Shown piece by piece: positions 41,301-53,300 of a DNA stretch of 64,000 bases. Made by a program: the position numbers and the translations under genes. The stretch comes from Balanoglossus misakiensis (Eukaryota; Animalia; Hemichordata): positions 11,027,483 to 11,091,482 of the forward strand of contig CM082582.2 in NCBI GenBank assembly GCA_040954595.2, given 5' to 3'. The number at the start of each line of letters is the position of its first letter. Position 1 is the stretch's first letter. Below the pieces are notes generated by a model that made no database searches, had not been told where the DNA came from, and saw only the letters and a program-made list of their open reading frames with translations.

Positions 41301-44300
41301 GATGTTTGGAAATTCATCAAAAAAATTAGCAAATGCACTATGATAATGTCTCAATAACTCTGTGTTTAGAAAATAAAAATTGGATGATGTTTCCCAAAAA
41401 GCATCATGCAATTATTATTACATGTTATATTTATCAATGATGTGATTACTTCTTATCAACTTGTACAACTTTCTTCATTGTTTTCTGTTGACCTTTAGTC
41501 TATGTCATATCGAACAATATGCAAAGGTATAGCATAAGGACAACTATTGGCTACATGTATGTACTTACCTGGTGCTGGTGTTGATACAGTGGTTCCTTTA
41601 AGAAACAGACAAACAGCAATATTACTCTTTCTTACCTGGAAATTTTCACTTTCGTCTAAAGTAACACATGTATGGCTAAATTGGCTTCTATAATTCTTAA
41701 ACTAAGTCATTTAAAATTATTACATGATACTTAACTTACCAGTATCACAATTGATACCAGTCCAACCTTGCGGACAGGTGCAAGTATAGGAATTTTGTCC
41801 ATTGTTACATGATCCACCATTCTTGCAAGGTACACTGGCACACTCATCTATGTCTGCAATTCGAAATCACGTTATTCACAGTTATTAAATCAATCAACTA
41901 CTAAGAAATTCATAAAATGGCATATACATGTAGATATCTTACCCGAGTCACAATTCATGCCAGTCCATCCAGGTGCACATTGACAAGTATAAGTGTTCTC
42001 TCCATCTGTACAAATGCCTCCATTCTTGCAAGGACTGCTGGAACAATCGTTTACTGGTATATCTGTTATTTACGAGATACATGTAGAAGTAAATTAAGAC
42101 AAAGTGACTTCATTATGCACTCAAACACTGTTGAGTAACTTGACTGCCTGTGAAATACTGTCATATATTCTATTTTTTTACTGTAGAGGGATACCATGGC
42201 AAATGTGGATTAATTGACCACATCTTTTCACTTACCCCCTTGTATCACAACTTCCGTTGGACGGTTTAAATTTCTCACAATTTTTTCCAGTCTTCCGCTG
42301 TTAAACTTGGCCAGGTAAACTACTTTGTCATGCCAGTCTGAGAATACCAGGGAATCTCCAACCACTTCCAGGTCATAGGCGTGGCTAAATGATGAACTGA
42401 GATAGCTCAGGGTTTCTTGGTTTGTACCTAATTATGCAGACATACAGGTGAATAATTAACCATTAGTCATACAGATGTTAAGTGCAGACACAAACTATTT
42501 CTCAATGTATTATTCTGTATAACTACTGTATTCTCACCAAATGACCAATAATAAATATACCATGAACAATGGATATAAAACCATCACAGTACCTCAGTAT
42601 CCAATAACAGTATTTTGAACTTTCCTGAAAGCATACATGTAAGGTACGGGATGTTTCAGATGTGTACTTATACATGTGGCTTACATGGAAAGAGTTGCTT
42701 CATGAAAACCCTAACTTTTGTCAATGGGAACAATTGGAAATCAAGATAAAACTCCTATTACCATCAAGATCCGACTTCAAAATGATGAGCTCTTCACCGT
42801 CGATGACATACAGCTTGTTGTTACTAATGGCAAGTCCGTTAGGTTTCTTTATGTTTCCCTGGATGATTGTTGTAAGAACTCTTGTGTTTAGATTCAAGCG
42901 CTGCACACTTACGTCTCCTGGTGTCCAATCAGTGAAATACAGATACCTGTGAAATATACAGAAGAGCTTAAATATCGATCCAGAGCTGTATGTAATTCCA
43001 CAAATTTAAGTTTAAAAGAACTTAAATTGGTAAAATGGCAGTTATACACAAAATACTCACCCACTGTTAACTATAACAGCTCTAGGACTACTAATATTAG
43101 TCAGCAATATCTCATGAGTGCTTCCATCCGTATCATCTAAGCTCATCTTTTCTACGGTTTTCAATCCGTAATCTGTCCAATACAAGGTATTGGAATCGAT
43201 GGTCATTCCATCAATGATCTCCGCATTGCGGAAAAAATCTTCCGGGGTGCTATCAGCCATGAAGAAATTCATTCTCCGGATGGTGCCGTAGTGAACGCTG
43301 CTCCAGTAGACGAAATTTGTCGCGGAATCAAAGGCAATGGCAACAATATTGTCATCTTGGGTCGTCGTGACAACTGGGTAGGCTTGGCGATCAGATGTGT
43401 CGAAACCTACCATCCGTACATCATATACATCAGCAACCAGCAAGAAAGATGTTGGTGCTGAAATTAGAGGAAAAGATTTGTTATAATCTGTGTGCAATTT
43501 TTAATGAAATATGAAAACATTCTAAAATATCATACGAGTCTTATTCCAAAACTGAATTTATGTGAAACAATTTACCTATGCACTGAAGTCCATCATCACT
43601 CAGAACTTTCCCACCTTTGTCTGGACATAGACATCTTGTGTTAGCAGCCGGTGCATGTACACACATTCCTGTACATCCACTGTTCAGACATCTGTCAGGT
43701 CCTGTATTACACAGATGAAAAATTATAATTGTTAAAACTTATAGGATCAATACCAGAAATCTTGAACAATAATAAGAAATGTTAAGGAAAAAATCAATCA
43801 TGCTGCCAATCAACATGTACGGTAGGCTATGGATAGTTGATTGATTGAGTGAAATGATAGCATTTGACATACCCATGTTTGGACTTGCAGTTCTTGTGCC
43901 ATATTTGACAGCCATTGGCTCGAGAATATCATCCACCAACATGGAGACTGCTCCTGTTGTTAGATCAGCCATGTAGATGGCAGTCGTATTCCAATCACTC
44001 CAATAGACTGTATTCCCAACAACTTCCAAACCATAGGGAAGCTATAATTATATGAGTTAAGTGAGGATGAAAGATCAAATATAATTCTAAGGAAAATATT
44101 TTAAAAACTTTTACACTATATGTCTCTCATCTTTTATTTTATCTTTTGGATTAGCAAACTAATTCACGGTAATTTTACTGTGTTAGTAATAGTACTTGCT
44201 GATGCAATCAGCTTTGGTTTATAATGTATAATATACAAGTAATATTAAACTTCATGATTGTGTAAAAAATTCATCTGGAATTACTCACTTGCAGTGGGAG

Positions 44301-47300
44301 AGGGAATGTTATAGCATTCCTGTTTGTTCCATCCAAGTTAGAGTATTCCAGAGTTGGTGCAGATCCACTGCTGTAGTGCGAGTCAATAAAGTACAGCTTG
44401 GAATCGCTGAGAACGATTCCGTTGGGATTTTCCACATTCTGACTCAGAATAGTCGTGGGATTCTGTCCGTCTAAATCAGTCCGTACGATGCCAGGATTGA
44501 GACCCCAATCAGAGTAGTATAGATAGCTGGAAACAAAAGAGACCATACAGTATATTATCGATCATGGCAATATTTCAATTCTGATTCCCCACCTGCTTTA
44601 AATTGTTCAAACAAGTATGAATTTCCTAACAAAATAGACACACAATTAACTCACCCAGCCTGCACATCAAGTTGAATGGCTCTTGGTCGTTGCAGTCCAG
44701 ATTCTATGATGCGTTTCCTGTTTGTACCGTCCAGGTCCACCATTTCAATCCTTGCCCACTCATCACCAGTGTTGGTCGCATACAGAATATTCCAGTTGGT
44801 GAAGTAGAGTCTTCCATGTAAAACATCGATAGCCATGCCTGCATGGTGAGAGTGAAATTCACAGATGCAATCATTCTAATCTCATTTTAATGTATTATTG
44901 CGATGGTCACACATCTTTTTTTTCCTCCTCAATTTTGAACAACAGATCTATAAACTCTTCAAACGATTAAAAGCAGAAAAGGAAAGGACGATAATAATAA
45001 GATTCTAATACATGTATCTACAACACTCACCATCCACTATACCAACACCTTCATAGAGGAATCTCTGTGAGTCGTTTCCAGAGAGACCAACTCGTCTGAT
45101 TTCCAACATTGCCACATCACTGTAGTATATAACCTGAAATATGTGGGCATGTTAGTTTACACATTCCTGTACTTGAGCTGATTAAATCTTTACACAACTT
45201 TGGTTTCATGTAAGTCCACAAGTATATACACAAGAGAATGCAAATACAACTATTCTACATCACAGATGCATGCTTCCTTTTTCTATACCTTCATTTTCTA
45301 TCAATAGAGCAAAGAAAACTATAAAAATTATAAATAGTGAAAAAAGCATGTTACACTTATAATTCAAATCGCACCTGATCCACTGGGTCGTAGTCAAGGG
45401 CAACGCATCTGGTTGCCTGATTGACTACAATACTGCGTCCACTGGCATGACCGTCTAGAGCCAGTAATCGGATCTGTCCATCATGACCAGCACAGTAGAG
45501 AAGAAACTCATCAGCCACTGGGGAAATATCAAAATGAGAAACATGGTTGCACTGTGGAGTTCTGGGGAGTAGAGGGGGAAATGCTTCGATCATCATTTGA
45601 GTGAATATGTACTACTTGCAAATTTGTGACCACCACAATTACAAGCGAAATAAAATGGCATCATACTTACGACCACACGTTCTTCCATCAGACATCAACG
45701 TCAATTCATCATAGGAAGAACAGGCACACGTCCTGGTGGTTGCACTTGTCGGCAGACACAGCTGAGAACAATACGAAGGTTGGCTGCTACAGGCGTTGCT
45801 ACTTCCAGGCTGCACCGAGACGTCAGCCACTGCAAGGCCAAACACGTAATCACCAAACCCGCTGGCCACCCTCGCCACGTTGGTTCCGGATGTAGATACG
45901 GAATAAACGGCGCCTTCCGTCCAGACTGAGAAGTACAGCGTCTGCCCTTCCAAAGCCAGTCCGAACATCACATCATTGGAGATTGATGATAAGTTCACCA
46001 CTTGAACTGGCGGGTCCACGCTACCATACTGAAGGGATTCTATGGTGTGGTGTTTGCCATCAATCCAATACAGCTTATTCCTGAACGCAATGCAAATCAT
46101 ACCAAGAGTAAACAGACTTATAAGTTGAATGATTTCTTTTAATTGCACATACATGCATGTTTTAGATTTTTAATTTAAAATTTGCAAAAAGTGAGTTTGA
46201 TCTTTGAACTTAATTTGCGGATGTTTTAGATTCTAGGCTAGCGCTTAGAGTAGACTCTCTCACAGCTCACGGTTTGCTACATATTGCACGCTGACAGGCC
46301 CTCAACCGTTTAGGAGATGCTTCACTCAGCCATTGGGGGCGCACATTCAATCAGACGATAAGTCAGCGAAGGCAGCAAGAGGGGCTGTGAGAAAGTCTAG
46401 GCTAGCACTGCACCAACCAGAACCATGACCAATGTGACCAGGCACACTACTTATATCCACAGAGGGCTTTGTCGAGGGCAATTTAAAATAGTTAAAGCCT
46501 ACTTACTGTGAATCAACAACAATTTCATTCGGCCAATCCAATCCTGTATTTACAAGTGACTGAGCATTGCTACCGTCTAGTTTGGCTGATTCCACTGTAT
46601 CAGAATCCTGATCTGTCCAGTACATGTAGCTGTATTGGTAAAAAAAAATATATAATGATGATAATATAAATGGCAGATGTGATGATGACTCCCCACAAAG
46701 CAAAACCACTTTCCCTTAAAAAAACGACAAGCATTGCCTTCAGTAAAGATAAGTCCAGCAGTAGACTGGGGCATATGTAGGATATATAAAGTGTGGCAAA
46801 CTGACTCTTCGTTTTCATACTTCGATCGATCATTATCAGTGAGTGATATGATACGCACCCAACAGCTGGATTTACAGCGATGCCTCGCGGGTTGCTCAGA
46901 CCATACAGTAGAGTCCTGCGGAATCTCCCATCATTCTTTGCAACTTCAATAGTTCCCATGATGCCATCAGTCCAATAAATATTATTGGATATCCAGTCCA
47001 CAGCCAGGCCATTAGGTCTATCAAGATCTGAAAAAGGGAGGAAAATATCTAGCGTATAAAGTCCAACATTTTGAAATTTAAATTTGCAAACTTTTCTGCT
47101 GGGAAAGTGCTCGTCGTGCTGGGAAAAACATTTTTGAAGGGTTGTCAAGTCTCACTGAAGAACTAAAAATAGCATGGTGAACCATGCAAATTATTATGTA
47201 GTTCTGATGGCTTTTTACCTTTAATGATTTCCTGTGGGGCTTGTTGTCCATCGATGCTACCTCGGTAGATCGACCCTGTCTCGACGTCTGTCCAGAACAG

Positions 47301-48110
47301 AAGACCGTCAGCCACATCCACCGCTACAGCCACAGCTCTCTGTAAAATAAAGAATTTATACACATTGTCTTTTATTGGGCAAAGTACTTATGCTGGCTCT
47401 GGGGGAAAGTGAGCAAAGAAATTTAGTTTTGTGATCTGAAGATGTGACAGAATATGAACCACCATAAATGAGTTTGGATACCTGTAAGTTGTCATATAGT
47501 ATGGTTTGGTGATTGGTACTTGTGTCAATTTCCACAATACTGGTGCCATTTGCTACAATTAATGTTGAGTCTACATCTGTTGAAAGCAGAAAAAATATAA
47601 AAAAAATAAATGTACTCAGTGTATGACCAATGTGGGTAATTAATACAGTTTTCGATGAGTGCACTTGTAAAATTAAATCAATGAAGCTTATAGTAAAATC
47701 TGGGTCAGTGCTGAAGATATATGTACAATATAAAATTTATTAGTCCATAAAACATTAACAACAAGACTTCAACTTAGTAATGTTCCTTTGTGGAAGTAAA
47801 ACACTACAAGTGAAACGTAGGCACAATTATTTCAGTTTCAATTCCAAATAACACGGGTGATCTTATCTTCTCTAAGAAGTGGCAACTTAAAGTTTTGTCT
47901 CAAGAGTCAAAGCTGTTTACTTTTCATAATTATAAAGCAATTGAAAATCGCTTTAGTATTACACCAAAAATGTTACAAGTACCACTACATAGAATCTGGA
48001 AGATCATTAAATATAGAAATACAGCTGGAAAAGAAGAGAAAATTGATAGACTTACTTTGAAAAGTGACAATGGCTGTGCACAGAAACATGAGTTGTAGAT
48101 ATCTTGTCAT
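37875..48110 (-). CDS. Gene D: LRP-like YWTD beta-propeller / EGF / HYR / sushi / GCC type I receptor (~1577 aa, 24 exons)
   Basis: Exons 48110-48056 (signal peptide [17 protein letters not shown]), 47576-47482, 47339-47219, 47027-46859, 46629-46507, 46080-45671, 45517-45375, 45133-45031, 44838-44655, 44526-44289, 44041-43873, 43701-43576, 43457-43061, 42946-42762, 42427-42236, 42062-41943, 41853-41740, 41595-41569, 41294-41037, 40823-40572, 40316-40143, 39260-38787, 38684-38529, 38323-37875. They sum to 4734 nt with consistent phases. Motifs: FWTD/YWTD/YWID repeats, cbEGF, HYR, CCP, CPVGTM..CPVGMYQ (GCC), TM. Confidence 0.88.
39432..39690. repeat. Degenerate ~22-bp AT-rich minisatellite in a gene D intron
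   Basis: About 11-12 copies resembling ccttaacc(c)aatatgtaataa(c)a. Confidence 0.8.
42236..47576 (-). CDS. Gene D region: three YWTD beta-propellers with EGF modules after propellers 1 and 2
   Basis: LFWTD, IYWTD, MYWTD, LYWID, LYFTN, LYYSD, VYWSD, LYWTD and LYFTD repeats; EGFs [14 protein letters not shown]...C and [10 protein letters not shown]...C. Confidence 0.88.
46251..46399. mobile_element. Short MITE-like element with terminal inverted repeats
   Basis: TAGACTCTCTCACAGC at the left and GCTGTGAGAAAGTCTA at the right (1 mismatch in 16), inside a gene D intron. No clean TSD. Confidence 0.6.
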
Positions 48111-49593
48111 GGTGACTATCGAGTGAAAATCAGTGCCAAGGCCGACTTAAACTCTGATAATGAGAAGACTTATGAAAATTTCAGCTATAGTGGAAGTTCC
48201 TGGTGTTGATAATGATTCCACAATCCTTCCTTGATCACAAATTATATCCGATGGTATGTAATTACCACACTTAGCTTCCGCAGTGCAAGCAGAATATACT
48301 GCAGGTCGGAAACATAGATCACAGCAAACCACTTGTTGAAACTTATTGTCTAGGGCGCTGGCAAGAGATTATAAAAGCCAGTCAGCGGCATAAGCAGTTG
48401 TCAGATAGGCACACTGGGTTCCTTCCAACCCCACCGTTGTTTAAAGTTGATGTCAGACTGTTCAACCTACCCCCTATCCGGAACTAACTGCCGGGTACAG
48501 TTTAGTGACCGGCCTTGGGCCCTGGTTCACTTTCCCTCTCTGTGTTTTTTTCTTATATTGAATTTCCTTGTACTAATGAAGTAGCATTAGCATAACTTAA
48601 CCTTTTCGGTTTCAAGATCTCCAAAGTGATGCCATCGCTTTCTCAAATCGTTTATTATTTAATGCTGTAGCACAAATTTCACACACTGGTAATATTTTGG
48701 GGGAAAATAACACTTTCCTAGTGTTCTTCTAGCATAATAGCGACTTTGCTTTTGTGTGCACCATTCTGTTCCTTTCTGAATACCTGAATATTTTCTTCTT
48801 TTGACTAAGCTGCAATGATAGGCGTGCTCTAGCTCGTTCACAGAAAAACCATCCAACCACCACAATTATTACACCTCTCAGTTGCCTGCATCAATCAATA
48901 CTTTTTTTAAATAAAAACATTTTTACAAACACCATCATTCCTGTTTATAATAAGTTAATTTTATTGATATCACTGTAAATGTACAAAATGTTTGACAAAT
49001 CAATTGTCATACAAGCATAAATCAATCTCTGATTCCATTTTCTGCAAACCCCAAAAAGACATTAAAATATTGTAGCTAGTGCACTACTTCTAAACTTTGA
49101 TATCTTTGTTGTTTCCCATCTGACTTATAGTTTAAAAAGTTCATAATACACAGTACTGTCTTAGACAATTCAAACTTATAATTAGTACATATATAATCCA
49201 TTTCAGCAGCTTATATACTGCTGGTGTTTCAAATCACATGAAAATATATTGTTAGTAAACAGTTAACACAAAGTTCTCTTGTTTGTCAAGCAATGTTTTA
49301 GAACTACTCTTTTTGAAACAATACGACTTTTTGGCATTATCAGCGAAGGAAATAGACAAATACACAATTGTAAATATATATACCATATACCATTAAAGCT
49401 GTAAAAAAAATTAAATTTTGCAAAATTCCACTGGCAGCATATATTTTGTCACTTGTATATATTCCTAGGATAATACATGTTAGGCTTTCTTGTTCATCCT
49501 TCTATATGCATTCCATATATAATTTTATCTAGGGGTGTATTACAATTTTTATTCTGATTTAATTTGTAAAGTGTCGTGATACAAGTTGATTCT

Positions 49594-50357
49594 TCAGACA
49601 TTTTCATAATCCATTTTGTCCGCTGTGTCCTCCGTTTGATTACGAGTTTCCATTTCAATGTCGTCTCCATCCAAGTACTTCACCACGGGATTATCGAAAC
49701 TTAGGTAGATATTCCTCATGGGTTGCATGTCATCCTTGTTTAGTTTCTGATACCCTTCCACGCTCAAGTCCGCAGCCATCGGTGTGTAGCCAACAGTCTC
49801 CTCCTCTGGATCTTCCTTGGACTTTCCCGAATCCGGTCCTCCTGCCAGATGCCCGTCTGCATTGGCCGGTTTTCCGTTTGCATCCACATTCAGTTTCTGA
49901 TAATCGGCTTTGGCCTGTCCGATCATTGGCAGGTAGTCACCGGTTTCTTCGAAGCCAGATTTTTTGACGTCCACAGGGGCCAGATAATCTCCCTCTTTCG
50001 GGGGTTCCGGTCTTGGCCGATTGACCACCTCATCCGGCGGCCTCTTCCCCTGAAAAGGATCTTCGTCTCCTTTGTATTCCGCATACGGCATAATGACCTC
50101 GGCTTCTGGAAGCTCCGTGTACAGGGAAACCCTGGGAGCCTCCTGGCCCTTCAGCTTGGCTTCTTCCAGTGCTAATTTCTGTCCAGGCAACAACTGATCT
50201 GCCCAGTTCTCTGGCAAAACGTTAGGACTCGGTGGTGGCTTGGCAGTCTGCCTCTTCTTGTAAATGCAAACTACTAGCACCACAATGATAAGAATGAAGG
50301 CAAGGACGCACACAACCGTTATGACTATTATCACCGTCGGTGTTCCAGAAATTACAG
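49594..50357 (-). CDS. Gene E last exon: TM plus long Tyr-motif cytoplasmic tail
   Basis: Acceptor ttttcag|CT in frame with ORF 49594..50334; ends ...DYENV-stop. Confidence 0.9.
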
Positions 50358-53300
50358 CTGAAAAAATAGAAAGAGTACTGGTATTACATTTCTAAAGGAT
50401 ATTATACTTCTAGAAAGTGATACATATTTACAGAATATACACTGACTAGCAGAATAATGGGCATTTTAGCATGCTATAGCGTGTAGAACAAAGAAACTGT
50501 GGTGGATATACATGTACAGTATATGTACACAGAATAAAACTAATAAACAGACATGATCTGATCAATGAACATACAAACCTATGCAGTCATCAGGACTTGT
50601 AGAGTCTACATCACTGGTGGTTTGATCAGACTGGCATGGATTACACTCTGTTGCACCTTCGCTGGCCTGATAGTAACCTATACCACACGGCTTACAATCT
50701 GGTTCATGGCCACTCTCCGACCAGTACCCAGCTTTACATTCTGGAAGTAAACAAGTTTATATACACATAATAAATCCAAATTGAAAAGCGGGGATTCTTA
50801 AGTTAATCACAGAAATTGAGAATTTTTATTGTATTCGAAGTTGACCTTATCATCAGATATAGACACGTGTGCATTCTGAAGAACATCAGCACTGGATTGT
50901 CTGATTCAACAACTTCAATAATGTATGGTACCTTGTTCCGTGAGCAAGAATGTGTCTGCAGACACCTTAAAAGGTGGCATGAAGCCGCTGAGAAGGGCCT
51001 GGTTGAAGATTTCAGCCATCGTTTCTTCGCTGGGCATCTCGCTGTCATGCGATATGTTGGCTTCGTGGGTCATGCCGTATTCCATGATGACACTGCCTGG
51101 CCTGCGGAAGAGTGTTTAAGAAATAATGATGAGATTATAATAGGCTTGCAACTCCAATCAACTGGGAAATTTAATGTACAGTCATTTTAATAACAAAAAT
51201 TAAAAGAGATTTTCTATTTCAAGGACATCTGTCTCAATACAGTCAAACTGCACATTTGAAAAATAGGGAAGAAATAAAAATACTTACAGAATATTTGTTA
51301 CATTCACCTTGACATTGCCGATGACCTCAACAAAGACATTTGAAATGGACCTGCCAAAGGTCGTTTTGAAATCATCATCTCCAATCAGGGCTGAATTGTA
51401 ATCCATTTCATTTATTTTGAGGCGGGCTTCATAGAGACGTAGCTCTGTCAAGTTCAAAGGAAATTTAAATTGGTTATAATTACATGAAAACATTTAGCAA
51501 AGATTTCTCAAGTTGGGGGAAGGACAGCATAGCACATACTTGTAGTGCATCTAACATCCCAAGGAACACAGAAAAGAAAAATGGGAATGATATTTCTAAA
51601 CTGAAATGTGCAGACATTTTTTTTTTCATAATTCGTACATTTCACCTAGAAATGATGATTAAAGTTTGATGTACTCAAGCATTGCAATTGAATTTCTGAA
51701 TGATGATTCACTTGATGACCTGGTTGTCAAAACCTAAATGGGAAACAAACAAAAAAATAAAACTTACTTGTGTACAAGTGACAGATGATGCCAAAATATT
51801 GAGTGTCTTCGCAGTCGCATACATAATCTAGTCCAGAAATGGCACTGCAGACTCCGTCGTTCTTGCAAGGCTTCAGGATGCAGATGTCATCCACAACGGG
51901 CGGCTCAGTCGGGGCGACGTAATGTCCGCAGCGGGGACCGTGGTAGTTAGCTCGGCACGCGCATTGGAAGCCGTCATCCATACTAGGCGCAAGAACACAG
52001 ACACCGTTGTCCTGACACGGCTCATCAAAGCACGGATTGGTCCGCTCGCAGTTCGGCGGGTTGAAACCGGGCGCGCATCGGCATCGATACTTGTTGTCGC
52101 GGTCATACGCCGTCTCGCAGGTTCCGCCATTCAGGCACGGAGAGACGGACAAGTGGCAAGGGCTGAAGAGTGTCTGACAGTAGTCACCGGTGTAAGAATC
52201 CGGGCACGTACATTCAAAGCCAGACAGGGAGCTCTCACACGTCGCGCCGTTGCGGCAGGGATTGGGTTGACAGTAATCGATGACGCTGTCACAGAGCGTT
52301 CCTGTGTAACCCTGGGCACAGTTGCAGGAGTAGTCAGTCATTCTCGGCACACAGGTAGCCCCGTTCCCACACTGGTGCCCAATGCACAAGTCCAGGATCT
52401 CACAGTTGGGTCCCGTCTGCCGCACGGGGTCTGGGCAGACACAGACGTAAGAATTGATCTTCGTATTACAAGTGCCACCATGTTGGCAAGGGTTTGACTT
52501 GCAGAAGTCAATCACTAACTCGCAGTTCTTGCCTTCGTAGCCAGGCTGGCAATTACAGATATAGTTGCCAATCACAGTGGTGCAGGCTGCACCGTTTTGG
52601 CACGGGCTCGTCGGCCTGCAATTGTCAATGACATACTCACAACTATCACCGATCCACCCGGGCAGACAGTCACACTTGGCATCCTCAAAAGGTCGGTTGA
52701 CGCAAAGTCGATTCTCCGGACAGAACGTGACATCCAGGCACTCGTTGTCATCTGAAAAATACACAAGATATAGCATCAAGGACCTGGGGTATAATAACAA
52801 TAAAATAATATTCCTCAAAGTGCACAATATACTACCCCAATGTCAATGATGATGAATTTTGAGAACTTAGTGGCTAAAGCCATGGAGCATACAGATCAAC
52901 TGACCTCCACACTGAGACGCCTCTCTGTACATGGTGTCTCTCTGTTCATCAGACAACGATCGCAGCAAGTCTGGCCAAGCGATGACAAGAGAATCATCGT
53001 TGACATAACTCAAGGTGCAAGGTGTTGACTTCTCCGCCAGCTGACTGACTTCACCAGCGCTGAGGGCTGTGTTGTAGATGTTCAACCTGCTCATCTCTCC
53101 AATGAAGGCTCTCCGCTGCACGTAGCCTCCCTGTGCAACGTGTGTAAACTGACCTGCATTTAAAGAAAAATATCGAATAAGAGAAGTGAGTTTGTGAGTG
53201 AGTTTAAGGATGTACAATTGATAAAATTGAATTGTCATGGGTAATATACACTTTGGGGACAGATTTTCAGAATAATGTTAGTCCTTGCCTTTAATATAAA

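Noticed and set aside
47983-47995. 13-nt AG/GT-flanked micro-exon candidate in gene D intron 1
   Set aside because: It would shift the frame and introduce a TAG; the direct exon 1-2 splice is already in frame.
51922-52497. 191-aa plus-strand ORF and other antisense ORFs over exons
   Set aside because: These are shadow ORFs of GC-rich coding exons on the opposite strand.
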